Shown: one piece after another, positions 53,466-64,000 of the stretch
Position numbering within the stretch: the stretch's first letter is position 1
Layout: each line of letters begins with the position of its first letter
Origin: Eledone cirrhosa
Taxonomy: Eukaryota
Direction: 5' to 3'
DNA: 64,000 nt
Assembly (NCBI GenBank): GCA_964016885.1
Contig: CAXHJY010001549.1
Span: forward strand, 143,208-207,207
Program-made: the position numbers and the translations under genes
Notes under the pieces: model-generated
The model's database searches: none
Seen by the model: the letters and a program-made list of their open reading frames with translations, nothing else
What the model was told of the DNA's origin: nothing

Positions 53466-53707
53466 CATACATATGTAGTTGTCTACCATCTTCCATCGCT
53501 CCTTTCAACTCCGCCCTGTCTTCTGGTCTAACTTTGCTGAGGCTTTTTGTTATATTTTGTCAATCTAATTGTTTTGTTTAAATCATCATCTCGCACAACG
53601 TCTCGTTCATCATCTCGTTCTTTGCATTCTATCACTCAGGTAACTGGAACATTTACCATTGTTTGACCGACTCTGTCGAAATTTGAATATCGTTTTTGCC
53701 ATTATTG

Positions 53708-53920
53708 TGGATAGGCAGTATCGGTAGATCGTCAGACACCCTACTTTGCAGCAGAGTTATGGCCCTTTACGTTCTGACTTCAAATCCCGTCGAGGTTAGC
53801 TTTGCCTTTTATCCTTACGGGGTCGATAAAATAAGGCACCAGTAATACACTGGGTCGATTTAATCAATTTTCCCCTCTCCCCAAATTGCTGGCCTTGTGC
53901 CTAAAGTAGAAACAATTATT
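53708..53920 (+). mobile_element. SINE family A
   Basis: A/B boxes, core and tail. Confidence 0.85.
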
Positions 53921-54578
53921 TGTTGTCTTCCTTCTGGAAATAGTTTAGTCTATCTATTATGACATTTGGCACCATTTTCGAAATAATACCACTATTATGA
54001 CTACTACTACTGATACATATACCAACTGCAAGATAACCATCACCACTACCACTTAACTCGCCACCATCACCCCACCACTACACTCCCCACCATCACCCCA
54101 CCAATAACTAACACATCACAGCTACACACAACACTGACAACAACAACCATGGACAATATATTAAGCTTCACTAACACAGCTGTTGTTAAAAACAATAATA
54201 GTACCACTACCACCACCACCACCACCATCATCACTACCATACCACCATCATAATCATCATCATCATCTGTACTACAGCCATTATCTGTGTTAGTACCAGT
54301 GTTATCACCGTCACCACTATCATCATCATCATCATCATCATCACCATTATCATGATGACTACTCCCACCAGCGCCATCATCACCATCACCAACATTCACT
54401 CCCACCACAATCATCAATAACAACATCCACTCCCACCAACCAAAGATGGAATGGAGGCTTCTAAGTGGTAACTTCACCTGGCTAGAAACCATAGCCAAAC
54501 TATCCTCAAACAACACATTACCTACTTTAAAAAGAACACATTTGATTATGTAGACCGAGATACATTTTCTGATATATA

Positions 54579-54862
54579 CAGGGTGTCCCCCAAAAATATA
54601 TACACAACAAAATCTTTAAAAAATGCATTAAAATAAATTCTGTTTTATACATATTATTTAAATTAAGTAATATGTATAAAACAGAATTTATTTTAATGCA
54701 TTTTTTAAAGATTAAATTATTTAAATTAAGTAAACATTTTTGGGTGTTTACATACAATTGAATTATGTCTGTAGATCATTTTATTTTTGGGAAAGGCAGT
54801 GCATCCCAATAAATATTGTCTGTATAGGTAATCAAAGTGTGTATATATTTTGGGGGACACTG
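54579..54862. mobile_element. Tc1/mariner-type MITE with internal ~100 bp palindrome
   Basis: TA|CAGGGTGTCCCCCAAAAATATATACAC...GTGTATATATTTTGGGGGACACTG|TA. Confidence 0.75.
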
Positions 54863-54866
54863 TATG

Positions 54867-54921
<55 letters not shown>

Positions 54922-55186
54922 GCAACCGGTAAAAAATTTAAAACTAACACTGAATACTAACCATTACTTATTACTAATTTATACTTATTCCTAATTAAAC
55001 TATTTTCCACTGGAAAAAAATCTGTCAGCATTTTCTTTTCCTTTTTACTAATATATATATATACACATATATATATATGGAACACCTTTGATCATCATAA
55101 GTCTGGTTTTCTCAAGGGCGTACTGGGGCTAAACAGCTACAACTTTCACCATGAGTTCCATCACCTGAAGCACTATTAACACCGCA

Positions 55187-55217
<31 letters not shown>

Positions 55218-55478
55218 TCCACCATCAACCCCCTTCTCCACAATCACGACCACCAACAACAATGCCACAACCACCAAATATATTATATTCATAACGCTAG
55301 ACATGAGGTTGGGATTTTTTAGGGGGAGGTGTTCTGAAGTTCATGCTCCCACCCCCCAGCCAAAGAGCGTGCGTAGAGAGAGAGAGAGAGGGGGAGAGGG
55401 AGAGAGAGACTGCTTATATTACCGTTTGAATCGAAAGGAACACTGACGAATTCTTACAGAGGTCTTGTAAGAGACATT

Positions 55479-55898
55479 AATTATTATAGGATAGACTGCC
55501 TATAATAGGTGTACTAAGTTGACTAATTATTATAGGATAGACTGCCTATAATAGGTCTACTAAGTTGACTAATTATTATAGGATAGACTGCCTATAATAG
55601 GTCTACTAAGTTGACTAATTATTATAGGATAGACTGCCTATAATAGGTGTACTAAGTTGACTAATTATTATAGGATAGACTGCCTATAATAGGTCTACTA
55701 AGTTGACTAATTATTATAGGATAGACTGCCTATAATAGGTCTACTAAGTTGACTAATTATTATAGGATAGACTGCCTATAATAGGTCTACTAAGTTGACT
55801 AATTATTATAGGATAGACTGCCTATAATAGGTCTACTAAGTTGACTAATTATTATAGGATAGACTGCCTATAATAGGTCTACTAAGTTGACTAATTAT
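55479..55898. repeat. 46-bp hairpin-containing minisatellite, 9 copies
   Basis: AATTATTATAGGATAGACTGCCTATAATAGGTCTACTAAGTTGACT. Confidence 0.95.
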
Positions 55899-56039
55899 AA
55901 ATTTATAATTTTCTATGATTTTTATATATTAATTTTTAAATTTTTTTTTTCTTATGTATATTTTCCGTTATTTTTCCAGCCTCACTTCCAATTTTTTAAC
56001 AGATTTTCAATCTCATTTCATATTTTCAATTCATAACCT

Positions 56040-56107
56040 CTCTGTCTGATGAACGACCTAGACGTATATTAATATTGTTTAGAGTCCTGAAACCTTTGGT
56101 AATGGAG
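56040..56107 (+). ncRNA. Hammerhead ribozyme-like motif with intact core
   Basis: Stem I CTCTGT/ATGGAG, CTGATGA, long stem II GAC-CTAGAC..GTTTAG-AGTC, GAAA-CC-TTT-GG-TA. Confidence 0.7.
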
Positions 56108-56184
56108 TAGTTATATATTGAGTTGTTCACTTTCTAATATATATATATATATATATATATCTATATATATATAGATATATATAT

Positions 56185-56440
56185 ATAACGAAGGAAGAGT
56201 GGTAAGGAACCAGATGGACCATAACGCACCAGAGTACTCAATACTTAGGGCAGTAGAGTGGGTAGTAGGAAAATGTTTGACCCCGGCGGCTGAGCTCTGG
56301 CCATTTCGACAGCTAGGTGGGAGCTCAGCCGTTGGGGTCCTGACTCTTTTCCTATTATGCACTCTACTACCCTAAGTATCGAGTACTCTGGTGCGTTATG
56401 ATCCACCTGGTTCCTTACCACACTTCCTCTTCCTTTGTTA
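56185..56440. mobile_element. Palindromic (TA)n-embedded element; family with several partial copies in the window
   Basis: Arms GGTAAGGAACCAG..ACCAGAGTACTC..GGCTGAGCTC inverted; relatives at ~16540-16615, ~35330-35420, ~35890-36080, ~41336-41665, ~42478-42632, ~50140-50310. Confidence 0.75.
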
Positions 56441-56442
56441 TA

Positions 56443-56473
<31 letters not shown>

Positions 56474-56583
56474 AGTGTTTTCCTATGTGCAAAAAATACA
56501 CATAGGGACACATGTATTATCCAACCGTATGCCAATGTGGTTCTATGGCAGGTTAATAAATTAACGAGCCAGAACATATATAA

Positions 56584-56861
56584 TCAAGGTTTAGCAAATA
56601 GAGAAAAAGTTTTAAAATAAATTTTTAAAAGTTTACTGTACTTACTATATTTACCCTTACCGCGCGGATTCAAGTCTCAAAACAAATGGATAATCCATGC
56701 GAGTGAGAAGAATCCTCTGATGAAAGTCTCCTTCTCAATGGTGTTCCGCATGGATTATCCATTTATTTTGAGATTTGAATCCGCGCGGTAAGGGTAAATA
56801 TAGTAAGTACAGTAAACTTTTTAAACTTTATTCTAAAACTTTTTCTCTATTTGCTAAACCT

Positions 56862-56864
<3 letters not shown>
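56584..56864. mobile_element. Fold-back element (~117 bp arms) containing a variant hammerhead motif at 56712-56795 (+)
   Basis: TCAAGGTTTAGCAAATAGAG...TGCG / CGCA...CTCTATTTGCTAAACCTTGA; ATCCT-CTGATGA-AAGTCTC..GAGATTT-GAAT-CCGCGCGG-TA-AGGGT. Confidence 0.7.
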
Positions 56865-56897
<33 letters not shown>

Positions 56898-57989
56898 GGG
56901 TATAAGTATCGTAATTTCAATATATATATATATATATATATATAGAAATTCGCCAACACTACACCTGATATCCCCCCTCCATACACACGCACACATGTAT
57001 ACCATGACTCGTACACTGTTCACTTTCCTGACATTTGTACATTATTCTATGTACTATACATGCACCTTTGATGAGTTGTAGTGCACCTGAGCACTGTACA
57101 CAATAATTTCATTATTATTACACACACACGCACACAAGAGTTCGACCTCTGTAATACCTCATTATCATTATTTCGACCTGCCTTTGTAGTTAGCTGCGAT
57201 TTCTGGTTCCTGCAAATGATACAAAAAGAAAGAAAGAAAGAAATGTAGGTAGATAGATAGATAGATAGACAGGCAGACAGGCAGACAGGCAGATAGACAG
57301 ACAGGCAGACACATATTTTTAGATAGATGGATAGATGGATAGATAAATAGATTCAACTTAGTTGTAGGCTTCACTAAGAATTAAATGTCTGAATTATGCA
57401 GTCAGACAATGAAAGGCCTGAACCAACGTTTATAAGCTAAATAGTTCACTCCAGCGCCTTTTTTTCTCATCTATAATAGTATTACAATGACGGACATTTT
57501 CTTTGCAAATCAGTAGAATCGAAGCTTAAAATTCTTCTACTTTTCACTGGTTAACATCGTCAGCATCGCCGCCATTTCCATCTTTCTTCTTCCTTTACAT
57601 TTTTTTCTTTCTTATATTTTTTCGTTGTTGTTGTTTTCTTCTTCTTCTTCGTTGATGTAGCAATTCTTTTGTTATACCTCACCGCCTTCCAGCTTGTTTT
57701 CTTTCTTTTTCTTCTCCTCCTCCTCTTTTTCACGCAATATTTAATTTGTTCCTTTTCTTCTTCCAATAATCATTCTTTGTTATTATCTCCTTCCAATGGA
57801 AATAAGTTCCTTCCTCTCACTGACACTTTGTTGTGACGATAGCGATAAAGAAAGTCACATACTTAACTCCATGCTGACGATCGTGAATTGTCAGAAACGC
57901 CAGTGTAGAACGGAAATGAGTTGAGATATTCCTTCATTGCTTGATTGAGGTCACGGATTATATATTTCCAGCATTGAATGATGTTGTTT

Positions 57990-58320
57990 GAATTCCGTCG
58001 TTTCGGAAGACAGAAACTTCAGTTGGTTCAATCAGCAGGACTGTCTGCTCGTGAAATTTACGTGTAAGTGGCTGAGCATTTCAGACACGTGCACTAACAG
58101 ACTTCCCGTGAAGATTCAGCGTAAATTACTTTGTGACAAGGCTAGCTCCTCGAATTACAGGTATATCTCATTTTTTTTTTTTTTTTGTCAACTGAGTGGA
58201 GTAACATGAACTAAAGTATTTTGCTCAAGGACACAACGAGTCGTCTTATCCAGGAGTCGAACTCACGGCCTTACGATCGTGAGTTGGATGCCCTAACCAC
58301 TAAGCCACGTACGTTTACAC
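57990..58320 (-). mobile_element. SINE family B
   Basis: Reverse complement of 43922-44230. Confidence 0.75.
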
Positions 58321-58559
58321 TAAATGAGACTATTGGTTATTTTTTTAGTAACAAGAAAAAAATGATCACTTTCCTATTTTATTTGAAAATTTATATAAAT
58401 TTATAAAAATTTATGTAAATGATATTCTTGATCAATTAATAAATTTATCGACAAATTAAATGAAATATGCATTGCCATATTCTTCATTACATTTATTAAT
58501 ATTGGTCTCTGAATTAGGCACAAGGCCAACAATTTTGAGGGAGGGGAAAGTTAATTAAA

Positions 58560-58740
58560 ACTCTGTTTTTGTTAATAGATACAGTATTTATTTTTTACTT
58601 GTTTTAATTGAGCAAGTGAAGTTGAAAAGCTTCACGATGAATTTCTAGATTATCAAATACTGCCAGATAACAATTCTTCAAAATGTTAAAGATGAAGCAT
58701 TAATTTCTGAATGTGTAAATGATGTGAATGAAGGATCAAG
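58560..58740 (+). pseudogene. Possible hAT-like transposase fossil
   Basis: Broken frames FVNRYSIL...EVEKLHDEFLDYQILPDN; assignment from pattern recall only. Confidence 0.35.
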
Positions 58741-58751
58741 TACAGACCTGC

Positions 58752-59130
58752 CAATAGAGGTGTGGTTTGAGGGAGATTTGGCTGTTATTTGCAGCAGAAG
58801 GAACGATCAAGTAGAGGATCTTTCCTTAGAGATAGTGTACAACATCCACGTTTTCGAGTTGATTGCTAAAAGGTCCACAGATTTGTGATGTTTGGGTCAA
58901 GTTATGATTTCTATACAAGGGTCCAGACCTGCCAACCTCTAAAAACCCAAACGGGGAGTACGATGAAAAAAAAAGTGCCCATAAACGGGGAGAAATGAAG
59001 TAGAATGGGGAGATTTTACATAATGAAAGCTATACCTATGTTCACAAGAGAAGACGTCTCCCACCCACCTCAGAGTGCAAAGTGGGTGGGAGATCTCCCC
59101 GTCGGACGGGGAAAGTTGACAGGTTTGCAA
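58752..59130. repeat. Inverted copy of 39436-39820
   Basis: Shared blocks such as GGTCCACAGATTTGTGATGTTTGGGTCAAG. Confidence 0.8.
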
Positions 59131-59640
59131 GTATGAATGATTATGATGCAAAGTTTCAGAAGATTGATGTTTTAAGGAATTATTTGCAGTCTTTGTTACA
59201 GAATGATGCAAGAAAATAATTAAATATGTCTAGAGTCGAAGTTATCCTTGTAGTGCTACACTCAAATGCTTCCCCCAAAATAGAACGAAAGTTGGTTTTA
59301 ATCTCGAATGTATTCAGTAATATAAAAATTTACTCAAAATTATCTAAAAACTGAAAACACGAATTGTAATATATGTATGTGTGTCTTCTGTATACGTCAG
59401 TGTCAGGCTCATCTGTCTTCGTGAAACCTTTGGTAAATGAAATAATTATCTTATGTTGTTTATTACATAACTAAAAAGTTCTGTTTTCTACATAGGGTAC
59501 ACTCTTTTCCTTTACCTTTCCTACGGAAACACTTCATATATATATATATATATATATATTATATTATATATATATATATATTATATAAATATATATATAT
59601 TATATATATTATATATATATATATATATTATATATATATA

Positions 59641-59686
<46 letters not shown>

Positions 59687-59687
59687 A

Positions 59688-59762
<75 letters not shown>

Positions 59763-59771
59763 ATTATATAT

Positions 59772-60334
59772 ATAAGAGAGTATTGAAGTTTGCTTGAAGC
59801 ATTGTGGAATAATAGGTAAATATCTTTCAGTCGTTTGGAAAGCCTCGACAATGCAATGGGTAAATCTCCGGGTAACAAGATCCGGTGGTGAAGAGAGAGA
59901 TGTAAGTGGGTGTACGTTGAGATGCGTGGTGTGTATAAGACGTGTGGAGGAATGAAGTAAAGAGTATAAAGGATAAAATAAAAATAACAACACGAGAGAG
60001 AGTTACCTCAGATATTCAAAACAACAAAACAGCGGAGGACACGTTTAGCACTTTTCCGACAGACAACCTTTCCCCCACCCCGGAAAAACCCCAGTTGATG
60101 GATGTGAATCCGAAATATATAGGGACAATTAAATCTCTCCCAAGGTAACTCTCTCTCGTGTTGTTATTTTTATTTTTCCTTTATACTCTTTCCTTCATTC
60201 CTCCACACGTCTTATACACACCACGCATCTCAACGTACACCCACTTACATCTCTCTCTCCACCACCGGATCTTGTTACCCGGAGATTTACCCATTTCCAT
60301 CGTCGAGGCTTCCAAACGACTTAAAGATATTTAC
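59772..60334. mobile_element. Fold-back element (~190 bp arms) in (TA)n with a hammerhead-like motif in the spacer (60089-60124 +)
   Basis: Arms 59816-60008 and 60143-60334 are near-perfect inverted repeats; spacer CCC-CAGTTGA-T-GGAT-GTGA-ATCC-GAAA-TATATA-GGG. Confidence 0.75.
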
Positions 60335-60371
<37 letters not shown>

Positions 60372-60438
60372 ATATTATATATTATATATATATATATTAT
60401 ATATTATATATATATATATATATTATATATATATATAT

Positions 60439-60524
<86 letters not shown>

Positions 60525-60531
60525 ATTATAT

Positions 60532-60657
<126 letters not shown>

Positions 60658-60681
60658 TATATATATAATATTATATATATA

Positions 60682-60728
<47 letters not shown>

Positions 60729-60900
60729 ATATTATATATTATATATATATATATTATATATATATATATTATATATATATATATTATATATATATAATAT
60801 TATATATATATATATTATATATATATATATTATATATATATATATTATATATATATATATTATATATATATATATTATATATATATATATTATATATATA

Positions 60901-60973
<73 letters not shown>

Positions 60974-60982
60974 ATATATATA

Positions 60983-61021
<39 letters not shown>

Positions 61022-61154
61022 TAATATATATATATATAATATTAATATATAATATATAATATATAATATATAATATATATAATATATATATAAATATAAT
61101 ATATAATATATATAATATATATATATAATATATATATATATATATTATATATAT

Positions 61155-61198
<44 letters not shown>

Positions 61199-61204
61199 AT
61201 ATAT

Positions 61205-61259
<55 letters not shown>

Positions 61260-61385
61260 TATATATTATATATATATATATTATATATATATATATTATA
61301 TATTATATATATATATATAATCATCATCATCATCATCATCATCATCAGGTTTAGCGTCCGTGTTCCACGCTTGCATGGGTTGGAA

Positions 61386-61446
<61 letters not shown>

Positions 61447-61486
61447 ATATATATATTATATATATATATATATATATATTATATAT

Positions 61487-61518
<32 letters not shown>

Positions 61519-61529
61519 ATATTATATAT

Positions 61530-61561
<32 letters not shown>

Positions 61562-61563
61562 AT

Positions 61564-61606
<43 letters not shown>

Positions 61607-62000
61607 ATTATATATTATATATATATATATTATATTATATATATATATATATATATATATTATATTATATATATATATATATATATATATTATATTATAT
61701 ATATATATTATATTATATATATTTATATATATATATATATATTATATTATATATATTTATATATATATATATATTATATATATTTATATATATATATATA
61801 TATTATATTATATATATATATATATTAATATTATATATATATATATATTATATTATATATATATATATTATATTATATATTATATATTATATTATATATA
61901 TATATATATATTATATATATATATATTATATTATATTAATATATATATATTATATTATATATATATATTATAAATATATATATATATATATATAATATAA

Positions 62001-62212
62001 CGTGTAGGCGCCACGAAAAAGCACCCAGCACTCACTGTAAATGAGGTTGGTGTTAGGAAGGGCATCCAGCTGTAGAAATCAAGCCAGATCAGTTCCTGTA
62101 TGAGCAAGGCATGGTCAGCCCGACCAGACACTGCCCACAACAGGACAACCCGTCTAACCCATGCTAGCATGGAAGAACGGACGTAAAACGGTGATGATGA
62201 TGATGATGATGA
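62001..62212 (+). mobile_element. RTE 3' UTR copy within TA arrays
   Basis: Near-identical to 9678-9875. Confidence 0.85.
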
Positions 62213-62907
62213 TATATTATATTATATATATATATTATATTATATATATATATATTTATATTATATATATATATTTATATTATATATATATATTTATATA
62301 TATATATTATATATATATATATTATATTTATATATATATATTATATTTATATATATATATTATATTTATATATATTATATTTATATATATATATTATATT
62401 TATATATATATATTATATATATTATATATATATATATATTATATGTATTATATATATATATATATATTATATATATATATATTATATATATATTACATAT
62501 ATATATATATATTATATATTTATATATATATATTATATTTATATATATATATATTATATTTATATATATATATTATATTTATATATATATATTATATTTA
62601 TATATATATATTATATTTATATATATATATTATATTTATATATATATATTATATTTATATATATATATTATATTTATATATATATATATTATATTTATAT
62701 ATATATATTATATTTATATATATAATATTTATTTATATATATTATATTTATATATATATATTATATTTATATATATATATGTTTATATATATATATTATA
62801 TTTATATATATATATTATATTTATATATATATATTATATTTATATATATAATATTATATTTATATATATATTATATTTATATATATATATTATATATATA
62901 TTATATT

Positions 62908-62938
<31 letters not shown>

Positions 62939-62987
62939 CTATATTTTTATATATATATTATATTTATATATATATATTATATATATT

Positions 62988-63304
62988 AGAGAGAAACTGT
63001 GTCTGAGAGGATAGAATGTAGTGTACGGGAGAGGAGACTGAGGTGGTATGGACATGTGATGCGCATGGAGGATGACCGATGGGTGAAGAAGTGCCAGGAA
63101 ATGCCAGTTGAAGGAAGACGTGGTAGAGGTAGACCACGAAAAACATGGGCGGAGGTGGTGAGAACAGACCTCAGATCATTGAAGCTCACGGTGGAGATGA
63201 CGAGGGACCGTGACGAGTGGAGAGATGCTGTGCTGAATAAGACCCGTTCCCACCCTTGCAAGCAGGGAAAAGCGGACGTAAAATGATGATGATGATGATG
63301 ATGA
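62988..63304 (+). mobile_element. RTE LINE 3' fragment with (GAT)n tail
   Basis: ORF 62999..63286 [13 protein letters not shown]...GRGRPRKTW. Confidence 0.9.
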
Positions 63305-63323
63305 TATATATTATATATATATA

Positions 63324-64000
63324 TGGCAGACTAGAGAGGAACGAAGCTTGCATGCTCCGCTGGATGTGTAATAGTAATATACGTGAATGGCAAAGCATAA
63401 ACGAAACTAAGGAAAAAATTAGAAATAAGAGGGATCAGATGTTGTTTACTCGAGAGAAGGCTACGTTGGTTATGGACCACGTGATGCGCATGAAAGACGA
63501 TAGCTGTATAACAAAGTGCAGGGCAATAAAGATAGACGGTAGCCACGGAATAGGCAGACCCAGAAAAACCTGGAACGAGCTGATAAACTCCGACCTCACA
63601 CACTTACACCTCTCCAAGACAATGTCACTGGATCGAGACCTTTGGCGGTACTCAGTAATAGAGAAGACCCGCCTTACCTAAATACATAGTAAAACCTACT
63701 AGTCAGTAGGCATCTCTAACAAAATACACCCCCGTCCCCACACCCCCACCCCATCCACACCGCCCCCTTCTATGTAAAGTTATGTTGGTGCCACACCATC
63801 CAGGCCGAAACAAATGAGATCGTGTAGGTGTCACGACAAAAAAACACACAGTCCACGCTGTAATGTGGCCGTGTAGGCAACACGGTAAAAACCTCCCAGA
63901 CCCACACTGTAAATGTGGTTGGTGTTAGGAAGGGCATCCAACTGTAGAAAACCTGCAGACAGTCCTATGCGAGCAAGACAATCACTCTTGCCTCAAGTGG
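63324..64000 (+). mobile_element. 5'-truncated RTE LINE, runs off window
   Basis: [14 protein letters not shown]...GRPRKTWNELI, then 3' UTR. Confidence 0.9.

Noticed and set aside
52463-54516. Poly-T/V/H/D and F/L-rich ORFs
   Set aside because: Trinucleotide and pyrimidine-rich low-complexity DNA with no splice or domain support
55479-55898. CRISPR-like palindromic repeat array (also 3578-3945, 26612-27080)
   Set aside because: No unique spacers, no cas genes, eukaryotic context
57870-57905. CTGACGA...GAAACGCC hammerhead-like motif
   Set aside because: No UH triplet and poor stems; possibly a decayed copy but unsupported

Overview
AT-rich, repeat-dense animal genomic DNA. The (TA)n arrays, tRNA-derived SINEs and RTE fragments suggest an octopus-like cephalopod; this is inference. 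The only protein-coding gene I can support is a minus-strand Sp1-4-clade (Sp1/Sp3/Sp4-like) C2H2 zinc-finger transcription factor. Five coding exons join in frame through GT-AG junctions: 21913-21851, 21706-20029, 4796-4586, 3511-3422 and 1394-1294. They encode the Sp box, a Q-rich region, the Buttonhead box, ZF1 and ZF2; the ZF3 exon is not found and probably lies left of the window. The rest is introns and about 42 kb of gene-free upstream sequence filled with SINEs, truncated RTE LINEs, MITEs and satellites. The most unusual signal is about a dozen type-I hammerhead-ribozyme-like motifs (CTGAnGA - stem II - GAAA - short stem III - UH) from several unrelated short families. Most lie beside (TA)n tracts, and several sit inside 200-560 bp fold-back elements resembling non-autonomous Penelope-like termini. 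Most long ORFs in the track are microsatellite artefacts.
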